Source of the DNA: Podarcis liolepis
Lineage: Eukaryota
Assembly (NCBI GenBank): GCA_965112155.1
Contig: OZ218109.1
Length of the DNA stretch: 64,000 nucleotides
Direction: 5' to 3' (one strand)
Numbering within the stretch: position 1 is the stretch's first letter; every line of letters starts with the position of its first letter. Under the pieces are notes generated by a model, which did not search any database, had not been told where the DNA came from, and saw nothing but the letters and a program-made list of their open reading frames with translations. Of the stretch, positions 24,739 to 38,295 are shown one piece after another. The position numbers were made by a program, and so were the translations under genes.

Positions 24739-27700
24739 CTTTAAAAAACCTAAACGATACGACAAAAATAGGAATATTTGAAAAGGCTTTTAGTTATTGC
24801 ATATTATTCAGACGCTTTTTTCCTTAAGTACAAAAAATAAGTATTCATGTACCTGTGAGAAAATAATTTTACCAGGCATTTGCTTGTGCTTGGGTTGCTT
24901 TCCAGAGGACTGTTGTATTTTACTTTGGACTTGTGGTTCATTAGGATGCTCACTTTACTGTTAGTGACCCAGATATTTTGGGCAAAGAAAAGAAGGGCTT
25001 GCTGCCAGCAAATGAGTTCTGTTTAAAATATCTCTAGGTTTTCAATTCTCTGAGTAGTGATGCTGAAAGTTCTCCAGGAGGTTCTTGGCTTTGTGGAAAC
25101 CTTGGCATGAGTCCAGGTCTCATAGTAGAGATTATCTACTTTCAGATAATCCTCTGTGTTGAAAGAGCCATGGAACAGTGTTCAGAGGAGTTTTGGAGAT
25201 TCTGTGTATGGTTTTTACCCTGCCTCCCACTGCAGTCTTTCAGCTTGGAGTCATAGATCAAGGAAGTTTAGGAAGTTTAACAATAGGGGGTCAATGTCTG
25301 GTGTCAAATGGTTGCAAAAGGTATGAACTAGTTTAAATGCACCCCCCTACACTCACACTCACACACACTTAATTTTTTTGATAGTGTTTATTTTGCATGC
25401 TCACTGTTCATGGCTTTAATACTAAATAACCTGTGTTTTTGTATGGGTTTATTTTTACACCCCCACCCAGTACATCTATGTACTTCCACAACCACACTGA
25501 CCACAGCCATGAAATTAAATTATTTAGGGATTTCACATAATGTGTATATTGGAAATCATGTAATGAAATTATCTCAGAAATGTGTTTAATTGAATTGGTG
25601 CAAGCCTTCATCGCCTTGTGTAAAATGAGTTGCTGTAAACAATGATTTTTTTATGGTTATTCAGCTAAATGCCTAAAAATGGCTCGTGATGATCCTGAAT
25701 GTTCCCTGACAGCAAGTATTCCCTTAAAAAAAAAATTTTTTTTTAAGCCCAACAAATTCTGCTTTGAGACATCTCTTTCCAGGACTCTGCCTTTGGGAAT
25801 TCTTGGCCGCTTGGATTACAGATTCAGTTGCAAAAACTGCACTAATAACAAATATAAAGGCTATTTCTCTTGCATTAAAATTCTTGTTTGCTCTAGATTA
25901 ACCGTTATTTTAGGTGGGCTTTCCCCCCTTCCTTAAACCATGTGCTTACCAACTAATTACCAAATAATAAATTAGTTTCCCTTGGTTCTTCCTTCAGATT
26001 CATGTGCTCCAGGTTTGGTGGTCCCTGACTTTGTTTAACTGTGGGCAGATGCTCAATGGACCATCATCTCCTCCAAGCACTCAAGTTTCTCAGTCTTCCC
26101 TAGCAGGTTGTCAAAGCAATTTTCTCAGTATGTAGCAGCTCAGCCTAACTCCATCTACACAGCACTAAAAATGTTTCAGATTTGCTCTTCTTTTTTAAAA
26201 GTCTCATACTGAACGTCAAGGCGGTGATTAAAATCAGCATGTTTTGTGCATACACCAGAATTTTCTTTTTGGAAGGGTTGTTTGTTCTGAAGCTGCCCAC
26301 ACAGAACCTCCAAACAGCTGTCCAGCCTCCCCCCAGCTCAGAAGTGATTTGAGTATGTGATGTGAAAGAAGTATAAAGAGGCTGGAGTGAGGGCCGAATT
26401 TTTGTTTGAGTTTTCTTTTCAGCTCCTCTTGTGTCAAACCTTCAACCTGCTTTTTGAACTTGGGGGAGGCTAAGCAGCAGTTTGAGGATGCTGTTTGTAG
26501 CAGGACCCACTGGGCTCTTCTTAAGATTTAATATCCTGCGCTTTGCTATGCTGAGTAGGCAAATGAGCAGGAGATGAAACAATATATGTAGCTTGATATT
26601 GGGAGCTACTCTTAATCCAGCTGCATTTACTGTAATATTACAGAGTAAATATGTTGTTGCTTGTCTTTAATATGTAGTTGAAAATGGTTTCATTTCCAAC
26701 AGATTCTTTTCTTCCATTAGATGATAGAAAATATAATCCGAACAGGCTGGTGGTGTTTTTGTTTTTAAAAAAGCGACCCTAATGACAGATCAACAGCTTA
26801 TCAGTTTTAAAATCATACAGCTTTTCTAATTTAGAAAAGCGTTTTTAAATGCTTGTGGATAGATTACTGGAACCAGTAGTTGGGCATCAAAATAAGTGTT
26901 CTAACACCAAGGTTGAATCCTATAGCACCTTTTTCATAATGAAGAGGTTTCTACATGTACCATATGGAAAGTATATGATGCGAGTATATTTACATTATTA
27001 TTATTTTTTGGCAACAACAGCAGGATGAAAGGGAGTGTTTTCTCCCCCTTTGAGCTTAGATTTTAAAACCTAATTTCTCTGCAGATATTAGATGGGAGTG
27101 AGTTCCACTGATTTTGCTGTAAGTTCCATTTAAATGTGCATAGATTCAGAATTTTGAGATTTTAAATAATTTAAGACTCTAAAGATATATGTTTGAAACA
27201 AGCCCATAAAAGTTGGGAATTCTGAAGCGTTGTGTTAAGCTAGCTAGATTATAGTGGCATTGCAGCATGCTGCATAAAGCTGAATATGGGTGGGCGAAAT
27301 ATATTTCTTTGTCCTCTTACAATTTCATCTTTACAGTTTACTTGAAGCTACAGTTGTGTTGTGGAATAAGCAACTAGTTTTGGTCTGTGGTTTTAATATC
27401 AAATTTCTGTTTTGAATATGAGAACTTATTTTTGGCTAGCTTTAACAATAACAACAAACACAGTGATCTCAGGTTTTACTTAATATACATTTCACAATAA
27501 TAGTTATCTGATTGACGTGTGTGCATTATAGACCTAGCTCTATGTTGCCCATATTTTGGAAGTGTGCAAAATTAGAGCATGAATAAGATGCAAAGAGGAC
27601 ATAAAGGCAGACTGCTTTGTGATTTCCTTATTTGCTTAATTCTTATGCATGCCTCTGAAAGTCCATCGTAGGTGATAAATTGATTTCTGCAAATAAGTAC

Positions 27701-28835
27701 TTTAATGAATCATCTGTATGCTTCCTAATTAACTAATTTGCTAAATGTGAAAAACAAGATTTAAAATTATCAGAGGATTCTGAGTAACTTAAGGATCATT
27801 GTTCATATGCGGTCCTAAAAATTAAACAGACGTCTTAATTTTTAAATACAGTGCTCAATTACCATAGAAAGGAGTGATTTATTTTTTGACAGTATATATT
27901 CTAAAAAGTGGGTTATAATAGAAGCTATCTTCCCTTAAAATGGCCAGTCGTGTGAGCCATAATGTTCATTGATAGTAAAATCAATAGAGCATTGATTCTG
28001 GAACTAAATCCTTGGAGACTTTTGTTCAGAATAGCAGACGTAGCCTGGTAAATACAGAGTGTGTTTAGTGCATGAAATTTTCATGTGTCAGATCTGGACG
28101 CATATAGAACAGATTTTTAATATATTGTGAATTTAAGTGTGGATTATCAAGGTCTATGATAGTTCCAGAAGATAAATATTTAGCATTTCACCACCTTATT
28201 AGTCCATAACCTTTAATGTCCGTCCCCCCATTCACTCACTGTTTGGTAGCAGTGATGGGGAGATGTTTTCGGTTTTAGTTTCAATAGTTTTAAAAGGGGG
28301 GGGGATCTATTTCATGCAAGCATGCTCTGTTTCATGCAAGCACAATATATATTTTAAAATTTTATTCTTTGTTCACTATTTTTACTTCTTACTTATGTTC
28401 ACATTTTAAATTACTGATGCATTCTGAAAAACCCCATGGTATTGAAATAGCTAGTTTTCTTCTTCTTTTTGTTGCTCACACTAAAACAATTTTTCTAGGA
28501 CATTTGAGACCCCCCCCCCTTCCCCTTTTTGGAGAGGAAAAACAGACATACTCCTATCCTTATAGGCATAGCTTAAACACTCTTAATCTTTTATAGTGAT
28601 GGCTTAAACTAGACCCTAATAAATATGTATTGTTTCTGTTTTTATATTTCACATAACAACCGACAGAGGTGGCAAAGTTATGTAATATTTATCCTGTTAA
28701 TATTCAGCAATGCAAATTAGCAGACTGTTTTGCTCTGACCAACAAATAATTAACCGTTTGTTTAGAACAAATGAATCAGAGGGCATCTTAATTTTTTTCA
28801 ATGAAATCTACTTTATACAAAGATGTAGGGCTTTT

Positions 28836-29031
28836 NNNNNNNNNNNNNNNNNNNNNNNNNNNNNNNNNNNNNNNNNNNNNNNNNNNNNNNNNNNNNNNNN
28901 NNNNNNNNNNNNNNNNNNNNNNNNNNNNNNNNNNNNNNNNNNNNNNNNNNNNNNNNNNNNNNNNNNNNNNNNNNNNNNNNNNNNNNNNNNNNNNNNNNNN
29001 NNNNNNNNNNNNNNNNNNNNNNNNNNNNNNN
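28836..29031. other. Assembly gap (196 N)
   Basis: Run of N in DNAJC1 intron 3. Exon phases on either side are continuous, so no coding exon needs to lie in it. Confidence 0.99.
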
Positions 29032-29953
29032 CTGACCTGCATGACAATATAGGCCCTATTTCTATTCCTGTAATTAGGCCTGCGACTAACTCAGAATATT
29101 TTTAATTAAAATATTTTGGTCAATGTGTTGCACCAAATTAGGCTTTTCAGTGCCGATTTAATTCTGGAAATAGCGTGATTAGAATATTCAATGAGTCGTG
29201 CTCCATTTAGGATTAATTTTAACATACAGTATTTTAAATGCCTCAATTCTAAATCTTCCTAATAATAGGCTTGTCAGGTTTCTATACTAAAAGTTATCTA
29301 CTTCAGTGGTTTATGCAGTTAAGAGTTGTGTGTGCGTAAATGATGAGTAGTAGAACTGATTTCAAAAATAATAAATGTAGAAAGAATTTATTTCTAACAA
29401 ATGGCTTTTTATATGAAACACGCACACAGAGAGAAAAGAAGGCAGAAAAGTAGCTAGAATAAAATGCAAACTTAGCAGCCTATAATGTTTCAAATTTCAT
29501 TCTTTTAAAGAAAATGCCAATCACTTGTACATTGCAAGTCATTTCTAAATTAGTTTTCATGTCAAAGGAAAAAAGTTTAATAACGTTACACCTCTGTTCA
29601 ACAGGGATGATGTTGTTTTTCCCCATATTTTTCTAAATTAAGGAGTCAAAGCTAGCAAATGGATTTGGTGGTTGTTGCTTCCCACTTAAAACCATCCCTT
29701 TGTAATTCTTTTATTCTGGGAACATGACCAATGATTGACAGGTAGGTTGAACATATGGTTCATTGTAGAGTAAAAACATTTCTCAAGTGAATCAATTGGG
29801 GGTGCTGTTAGAACAGTAGAGCTACCCTTTTTATGCAGTCGCTGAAGAAGATTCTGTTTACCAGGAGCCCAGATTAAAATGTTGTTGTTGCTGCTGCTGC
29901 GGGAATTTAATATTTTTGAAAAGTGGATGAGTAAAACAGAATTTCCATACTTT

Positions 29954-29954
<1 letters not shown>

Positions 29955-29991
<37 letters not shown>
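29955..29991. repeat. (CT)n microsatellite upstream of the exon 4 acceptor
   Basis: Read directly from the sequence. Confidence 0.9.
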
Positions 29992-29994
<3 letters not shown>

Positions 29995-30053
29995 AAAGCA
30001 AATAGGTTCATTTTAAATGCCTCATGAAAGCTTGTTTGTTTTTGCCACTGTAG

Positions 30054-30219
30054 GTATGATGATATTCTGATCAATGGGCTACCAGATTGGCGACAGCCTG
30101 TATTTTACTACAGACGAGTGAGGAAAATGAGCAATGCAGAGTTGGCATTGCTGTTGTTCATTATCCTCACAGTGGGCCATTATGCTGTGGTTTGGTCAAT
30201 CTACCTGGAAAAACAACTG
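30054..30219 (+). CDS. DNAJC1: DNAJC1 coding exon 4: end of J-domain and transmembrane helix
   Basis: Acceptor ccactgtag|G; (R)YDDILINGLPDWRQPVFYYRRVRKMSNAELALLLFIILTVGHYAVVWSIYLEKQL; donor CTG|GTAAGC. 166 nt. Confidence 0.97.
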
Positions 30220-31079
30220 GTAAGCATCGGAAATAAGTTTTATTTAAAATTGCTGCAAAAGTGTTCATGACACCCACACCCTCTAAATTAGTTTCCTAGT
30301 AATTACAGACTGACAAACATTCCTCACTTGAATCCAATAACTGAGTATGAACCCCTCGGCAAACAAAACAAAAAAAAGCCTTTTAAATGATCTGCAACAT
30401 TTAACAATAAAATGCAAACCATTTCGCTTTCTGTATTGGTGACTTTCAGGGATCTTTTTACCTAACCCTCCTTGCAAATTGCACAAATGCAGGTTTGGGG
30501 GTTCTTCCCCCCCACCCCCCCAGCTTCCATTCTTGATGTTTGAAATTCATACTCGCCTGGGCTTTTAATGTCTTAATGGAGGGTCCCCTCCCAACGCCCA
30601 AATTGAAGTGTCTTTCAAATGTGATAAATGTTCCAGGGTTAGAGTGGTAAAATGACAGAAGCAAAAGAAATGTTTTAAATGTTGCTTCCTTCTTGTCTGC
30701 CAGAAAGCAAAAGAGCAATGATTATTTACATGCAAAATTTGAACTTTAGCATCTGTTTGTTTGATTTTGTGTTTTCAGAGCTACCGTATTAAAGTTGTCA
30801 TATGAGGAAAGAAGTTAATTTTTAAAAAAAATAAGAGAAACTTTGATTGCTGTAGATATTTGCGTGACTGGCAGAGCTGGACTTCATGTGTGCTTAAGGA
30901 GTGGAGATGCCATGGCAACAGTTATTGTTAGATGATTTTACTTAATCATGTAGCTCCCCCCCCCTGCATTTGCATAAATGCTGTTCTGTTCTGCTCTTAA
31001 TTGGAGAATCTTCCTAACAATTGCAGAGCACATGTTTCTGATAACCTCTAACAGTTTCCCCCCCTCCTCTCTGTATTAG

Positions 31080-31174
31080 GATGAGCTGCTTAGCAGGAAA
31101 AAAAAGGAGAAGAGGAAGAAGGCAGGAGGGAAGAATATGGAAGAAGCGAAACTTGGTGTAGACAAGAATGAAAG
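31080..31174 (+). CDS. DNAJC1: DNAJC1 coding exon 5: polybasic cytosolic (ribosome-binding/NLS-like) segment
   Basis: Acceptor ctctctgtattag|GAT; DELLSRKKKEKRKKAGGKNMEEAKLGVDKNE(R); donor AAG|GTGGGA. 95 nt. Confidence 0.93.
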
Positions 31175-32190
31175 GTGGGAAAGGAAGCGCTGAAATAGGT
31201 CTTGCCAGGCAGGCACATAAAAGTAGCAACTTCTGAATGTTTTGACACTTGGAAAAGAAGCTTTGCAGTGTTTGTTTAAAAAAACACACAAAAAATAACT
31301 TAAGCAATTGCCATTAGTTCTAATAATTTTTGAGACATAGCTGTGGGTTGATTGTATGAAATTAATACATTATTGGGGGGTGGGGGGAAACCAGCAGAAA
31401 GTGTGGAAACTTCTGGTAATTTAAATTTGGTAGTTTTTCACTTTGAGGGGAGGAATTAACTGCAAGGAGTTTATTGCATGCAGGATATTCAACGGGATCT
31501 TAATTTTCCAGACATATCTGCTGTTAAGGGTAGCGTAGGTTATAAGCTGGCACCGTTTGGCCTTAGAAGCAAAAAAGACATTAGGAAAATGTTCTCAGTC
31601 CTGTGATACAGTGCCCCCCCCTTTAAAGCCAAGAAACAACATGGGGGGAAATAGTGACATTCAGAATACTCCGAAAGATACCACCATTCCTTCTATTGAT
31701 TCATAGAAAGAAATAAAGGGTTTAAATAGTTCACACAGCAGGGGCATGAACTGGATCAATGCAGGATGGAGAGCACAGACCATTTTGCCTGTCTTCAGTT
31801 CTGATGACATCAGTGAGTAATGCTTCAGTGAACTGCAAATGACATTAATTTTTATGTATTGGTTTGTTTATGCTACAGACTTCATATCTGGTTGTCAGCG
31901 CTTGTGACTGGTTTGGTGGTAGTTTCTCTCCCCCCGCCCCCTGTACTGAAGCCGTCAAAAAGTCTGAGGGGTTTATTCTGTGAGGTGCAGGCAAGCCTAA
32001 TGTTTAGGAAGGCCCTCTGAATATATTTGTTTTATTGATTACGTTCTACATAGAAATATTTACATGGTTCCCATAGTGGGATGCTACTTTCTTTAGCCCT
32101 CATGTTCCTCATTGGAGGCTTTCATCGCAGTGTATGCAACAATACATATACACATAAATAACTGAATTGTTGTTATTATTATTTCTATAG

Positions 32191-32284
32191 GTTGCTAGAG
32201 AAGCCACAGTGGCAGGACCTTCTTCCATGCAAGCTGGGAATATGGTTCTGTTTGACAGTAAAAGCACTGCCTCAGCTATTTCAG
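32191..32284 (+). CDS. DNAJC1: DNAJC1 coding exon 6
   Basis: Acceptor atttctatag|G; (R)LLEKPQWQDLLPCKLGIWFCLTVKALPQLFQ; donor CAG|GTAAAA. 94 nt. Confidence 0.95.
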
Positions 32285-34599
32285 GTAAAAATGCAGAGTT
32301 GTGTGTTTCCTTTTGTTTCCTTTTGTAGTTTTGGAAACAGTTCCACTTTTTGTTTAATTCTCCCACAGAACAGCATTTGGTTTTATTTTTAGGAGTCTTC
32401 TGCCTTTGGCCAAGTAACTATTTTGAGCCTAGAGAATGTTTCATAGTTGTAAAAACAGTGGAGCCCCAATGGTTCCCATATAGGAATGATAAACACTGAA
32501 TCATTGAGAGCTCGGCTAAATAAATGGAAAAGGAGGGGAAAGCGTCACTCCTAAAATGAGACTTCTGAATCAGCAGCAGTGTGTTGAAAGACTTGCCATG
32601 TATATTGGACCCTAAAGCATTAAAATATGAGTAACTGCTCATATTTTATAGCATTGGTATATGAGTAATAAAAATACATAAATGTGAGCAGTAATAATTC
32701 AGGTTCCAAAAAGGTGGGAAAGCAAAGCATTATTTAAAAAGAGCGCATTTATTGTCATTACCCTGGTTTTTCTTCTTCTTCCTCTTTACCAGAGTACAAA
32801 TTTAATAAATTATTTGAATGTCTTAATGCCTCAAACTGTACATTATCCTTGAGTTAGGGAGATGTTCAGAACCTAATTTAGCATAGTCTGCTGAAGTGTG
32901 TCTGTGTGTGTTCCTAAGACTTATAATTGGTTCTTGGCCAGTGTTATAAAACAGTACTGTACAGTATTACAAGATTGGTGCATTTGTGGTCAATTTATTA
33001 AGAAATTTATTAAATTTGGTTGAGGTGAGAAAGCAACACTTCTGTTGCCTAAGGTATCATTGTACAAGATCTCCTTTAATAGCTTATTAAGGCATTTTAA
33101 TTTTACACACACTTCTCTGTATTTGGTATAGACCATGCAGAGCAAGACAGGTTAAGTGTCAAATCTGCCCATCATTAGCAACCTATTAACCCAGACCTTG
33201 ATACTGTGCCGGTATCTACATGGATAACAGAGCTCTTACAGGCTGTGCTAGTGCTGGCAGATGTAAATTAAAAGCTAAGAGGACGAAGCAAAGGAGTAGA
33301 GGAGAAAGTTTTTAGCCGCTAAATCTCCCATGTGTGCAATGGATAGTTTTGAACTTGTGTGTGACTGCAAAGCCTCCAGAGAGATGGAGGACTTGGTAGA
33401 TCAAGTCCATTCGATCCTTTGCTAGATAGACAAGCTCATGAAGAAACTGCTGGTTCCTGGTAGGACTTGAAACAGCTATGTCTAGTTGGAAAGCCCCTCT
33501 TGTCTCCTGCTCCTGTGAGCAAGTGAGAACAGGCTCTTTGATTGGTCCATGATGCATATCTTCTAGCTGGGGATTCTATTTTGACTTGTCTGCAATTGAG
33601 AAAGAAGTGTTGATAAGCACCACCACAATGTTGGCCTTCTAGTGTTGCCTTCCAGTATAGATCATAATGGGGATGTGTTGCAGAGACTGCTTAGTGGATA
33701 AGGAAGTTTGGTTAGAGGAGTATGGCAAGCTTCAGGGCCTGCATGGATGCAGTATGAGGTGTGTGTGTGAAAACCATTTTTGTACTGGCTCTCTGGGTCC
33801 AACCTGGGGAGTTTGGAATTCTGGATCTCTTAAATTCCTCCTTGTCCTTAGTGCTGGTAAATGCAAGACCGGTGAATAGATAATTTTGCCTCCAACCTAG
33901 TTGGATGAGATAAGTAGACATATACTAGCCTAACTTGTGTCCACCATCAACTTTGGCCAGAGATGTATGAGGTAGGGATGGTCACAATGCATTGTGGCTA
34001 TTTTACCTTATACAGGTAGACTAGTTTTGATTGGTTGCCCCGGTGTTGGATACCAGGGACTAATTTGGATTATTTCCGAATACGTAGCACTCTTTCAGCT
34101 GGTGCGATCATCTTGAGACTGCTGTTTGAGATGCCCTGAGGAACTGTACTGGGTCACTCCAGTATCCATGTTCAGACCTCCTTGTCTGGTGCAGTTCATG
34201 ACACTTTGTGACAGTTGTGTAGCTATTTCAGTTTGTATTGGGCCTTGCACATGTAGAACATCATGTGCTGGATTTGCTGTTCTGAGCGGGACAAGAATCT
34301 GTTGACTGGGATAGTAAGGATGGTCTACATTTGAAATGTTGTGGATTCTTCAGGTTTACAGAATCAGAATGCAGCAGAGGAAGTAATGAGAAATTCTGGA
34401 GAGAGGCTAGTCCACATCTTGGTCATTATATGGCATGACTGTGCACTGGTGTGATCAACATAGAGCTTCCTCCCCCCCCCAGGCCCCTCTTTTTCTCTTT
34501 TCCTCCCCCGTCCCAGATCTCAGCTCTATAATTTACTGAAGAGCTGGGATACATGGTACTTTGCAATCTGCTGCATTAGGTGAATATATCTTGCTAAGT

Positions 34600-35790
34600 T
34601 CTCCTAGTCGATGTGTAGGCTCTTCGGCTCTGATGGATGGTGATGCAACTTGAGTTTTCCATGACAGTTTTGCATGATTCTTTCATGGCAGACTTGCTCA
34701 TGTATTTCCCAGTTACCGCAGTAAGATACTGCTGTTCAGTCAGAATCTATATCAGAAATGTTGAAAACAGCCTCTTCTCTAGTAGCTTGTTTGCATTTGA
34801 TTTGGGTTCCCTCAGCGATGTTGATGCTGCTGAGAGTTGTGGAGGCTGTTGCAAGCTGTTTGGACTCATGGGGAAGACCAGTCCGACCAGACAGTGGTTA
34901 TCTGGTTAGAAACATAAATGCCTCGTTGAAAGAAGTTTCCTCCTGCTTAAAGGATAAGGTGGAAAGTTGGAAATGTGAGTTCAGCTTTGTGGGAACAGGC
35001 ACATGATGATTTGTAAATACTGTTCAATGTTGATATGGATAAATGGTAATCATTTGCAGCCTTAGGATTTGGTGTCATCAGTATGCTCTTACTTTCCTGC
35101 AATTCAGTTCTGCCCTTAGCCAGTGTAGGAGGTGATAGTTGGGTGGAGGAGGATGAATTAATTAAGGTGGAAGTGATTCTGGTGAGGAATCCTCAGACCA
35201 TGTAGTGTGGGGTACTATGCCTGTGACAGGTGAGCGTGAAATATCCCAATCTCAGCAAGTCGCCATAGGGGTATGTTGCCAACTGTGTTTTCTATATAAG
35301 CTCTGTCCCTTCTTGGAAAAGAGGTGATTTTGCCACCCTGGGAAGTTACAATAGCCTGCAGCGTATTCCAGATGGCACTGCCCTTGAAGACGATTCAGAA
35401 GCTTTAGCTGGTGCAAAATGCTGTGGCTGCTTCTTGCTATTGGGATATCTGTATCCATCACTAGCCCCAATGCAAAGTGTGAGTTAAAGCATTTTGAAGC
35501 ACTTTATGGTCTGAGACATTCCCACCTTAAGAGCTGACTCTCTCTGTACCAGCCCCTGAACCACTTGCATTTGGCAAGCCGGGTCTTGCTCCATATATTC
35601 TTATAACATGAGATTAGGACATCTACTGCTAGGAGCAGGACCTTGATAGTAGTGGCCCCAAGGTTATAGAATACCTTTTTGTTGAAGTTAAAGGATTTCT
35701 CCTCCTCCATCTCTACATTTTGATTTTTTTTTGGGGGGGGGAATGTATTGATCGCTATTTTGATTTTTTTGTAAGACCTCTTCATTTTGG
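34600..35790 (+). mobile_element. Old, heavily decayed L2 LINE (RT domain to 3' end); may extend further 5'
   Basis: Plus-strand remnants in L2 order: LFNVDM...IICSLRIWCHQYA (~35020-35087; CHQYADD), KLCPFLE (~35300), MALPLKTIQKL*LVQNA (~35372-35420), ALYGL..HLK..LSLYQP (~35500-35557), gtggccccaaggttatagaatacc. Many stops and indels. Confidence 0.75.
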
Positions 35791-35863
35791 CAAATCTGCT
35801 TGATATGACTTTTGTCAAGGAGAGAGTGGATTTGTTATTGAAGAAATTTTTAAAAAATTATTA

Positions 35864-36094
35864 CAGTGGTACCTCGTGTTACGTACCGTCCCCCTTATGA
35901 ATGCTGCGGGTTACGCACTCCGCTAACCTGGAAGTAGATGCCCCTTTGCCCCAGGATGCGAGCGGAAGTCGCGCTCTGGTGGCGCGGCGGCAGCAGAAGC
36001 CACCATTAGCGAAAGCGCATCTCATGTTACGAGTGGTTTCCTGTTACAAACGGACCTCCAGAATGGATTAAGTACGTAACACGAGGTACCACTG
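35864..36094. mobile_element. Tc1/mariner-pogo(Tigger)-type MITE, young copy
   Basis: Perfect 23-bp TIRs CAGTGGTACCTCGTGTTACGTAC, TA TSD, CpG-rich interior. Confidence 0.95.
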
Positions 36095-37702
36095 TACAGT
36101 GTTTTGTTTTTACCTGTATAAAGCTTCTTCCAGCACAGCAAAAGAAGCACTTTGCTGTTTGTTTAAGACAGTAAAATTCGCAGTGGTGAGAGAGGTTGGA
36201 GCGTATTTTTTTCCAGTGATTGGGAGGATGTTTGTTACTCCCTATGCCTGAAGGAAGCAGAATAAGGAGGGAAACTACATTCTGCAGCAGAGAAAGCTTT
36301 CAAAGGCTAAACCCCACGCAGAGAGTATTTGTAGTTTATCCTCAAGGTTACAAAGGCAGCGATGATAGCAGCAAGATTCCAGTCTTCAACATGAGGAGCA
36401 GGCTGTTGTAGCCAATGTTGTAGATAAAGGGGGCTCCTAGCAGCTAAAGCCGTGTGCTCCCAAGAAATCAGTCATGCACTGGGGCAAAGCACAAAATAAC
36501 AAGCGTTATTTACCATGCCTAAACTCACCCCTCATTAAAGCACATTTGTGTGGGTTGAGGAGAGCAAGGTTACTTCCTTCCTTCAAAGTTCTAAGCAGCT
36601 GAATTGGTTTTCTTCTGACTGTTAAAGGACAGAGATGATTCTTTGTTCTTGAAACCAAGCAATGAGTTTCCTCCTTCCCTTGCCTCCCCCTGTCCAATTA
36701 AAACTGTGTTTTGACTGTGATTTGGTTCTAGAGGTCTCCTGCGAGAGTGGAAGTTGCCTCTGCTTGTTCATGGGTGATGTTTTCTCTTTCAAGACCCATC
36801 ATGCCACTTCGTGCCATTCTGAAAGGCTTCCCTGGAATGGCTTTTGCATGCATGGGGGCTGTGTGGGGAGGACCAACATACAGGGCTGAAGCAGAATTGG
36901 GCGTCGGTAACAGTCACCCACACCCACCCCTTGTGTTTGAGCAGAAGCGCTTTCCATTTAACTCAGGATTGTTTTTTGGGGGGAGGTCTTTGGATCCAAT
37001 CCTCTATCTTGTTTAATATAACATAAAAGAAATGTGAGTGGCGGGATATCCATTTACATGAATCACGTTGCAAAGCTGCTACCCGCATCTGATTGTCATT
37101 TATCCAACTGCACGTTTTTCATTGCTCCTGCCCCTTTTATTTTCCCCCTAACTGGGGGTTGCGGGGGGGGGGTGGGGGGAGAAAGGAGGAATACACGAAG
37201 GCACTTAAAATAATTAAGGTAGTTCTTTACTTGAGAAAACTGCTTTGTATGCATGTCCACAGGTTAGCCATTGTCATTTTTACTGTTCTCTGCTATGCCA
37301 GCTGTTCTCTGTTCTCTAGAGTTGGAAGAAAAATGGTGTGCAGGTTTCAAAGCATAATTTTTTGAGAGCTTTATTTTTAATTATTTTGTGGAGGATGGGG
37401 AGGAGGTAGATTAAGATGGATTTCTGATGCGCAGGGAACTGATGTGTACGTTTAGCAAGTGGGGGCAGCTGAAGTGCCATTTAGGCATGCTTCCAAATCT
37501 TTGCCTCTCAAGTGAAGGCGTCCGCAAGTCTTCCTTGCAATGGGATCTCGGGAGGGCATCTCAGGTGCATCGATCTCTCTGTGCATGAGATTTGCAAATA
37601 GTGGCACCAGAGGTCTTTCTCTGCAATCTTGCTTTTGTTTAATTTTGATGCTGAGGTTTTGTAGCCTTATTGGAGTTCACCAATTGGGTCTGCATTGCTC
37701 CG

Positions 37703-38132
37703 TGACAGGAGGAAGGAAGTCAAAATGACACCGAGTTGGTTCAAAGAAAGAGTTTATTCTGCTCTCCGGATAGCAGAAGGCACTTGCGTGGTGAGTCCAC
37801 AGCAAGTCCAAAGAAATGACAAGTTTCATGCAGTATATATACCCTCCAGGCACCCTCTCCCTTCTTCCAACCACGTCAGCTTGTATACGTAGGTTGACAT
37901 CACATATGTTCCTGCTCCGGCACTCTTAACCATAAAAGGGATTTCCTTCCTGCACTCCTGACCAAAAAAGGATATTCCTGTTCCTACTCCTATCTTGGAG
38001 CAAGAGGTCACTACTTCCGAGAACATGCTCTGGCGTTAGTCCCAGACTTGGGTCTCTGCGTCATTTGTGGTCAGGACCTAAGATATGTCTGTGTCTGTTC
38101 TACTGGTAAAGTCAAGGCCAGTCTTGACGTCA
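37703..38132 (-). mobile_element. Putative solo LTR
   Basis: TGAC...GTCA termini, ~430 bp. On the minus strand a TATA-like TATATATA (~37834-37841) precedes AATAAA (37753-37758), which lies ~50 bp from the end (U3-R-U5 layout). No clear TSD. Confidence 0.45.
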
Positions 38133-38295
38133 AACTGATAAGGGAGAGAGCTATGTTTTTGTTTTGCATTTGTTCAACGGCTAAAGTTTATGCATTTTAG
38201 CTAAGGAGAAATGGGGATTTTGGTGCAGTTTAGAAACTGCCTGCACAGTCAGTTTTGGTGTTTGGGAAACCCATTCCTTCAGTTTGAACCTGGAA

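Noticed and set aside
28710-29105. ORFs spanning the N run
   Set aside because: Artefacts of translating N as X.
33240-35820. Possible endogenous viral element (considered because, from recall, EBLN1 lies near mammalian DNAJC1)
   Set aside because: The recognisable motifs are L2 RT on the + strand. No viral protein motif was seen; 33240-34600 remains unassigned.
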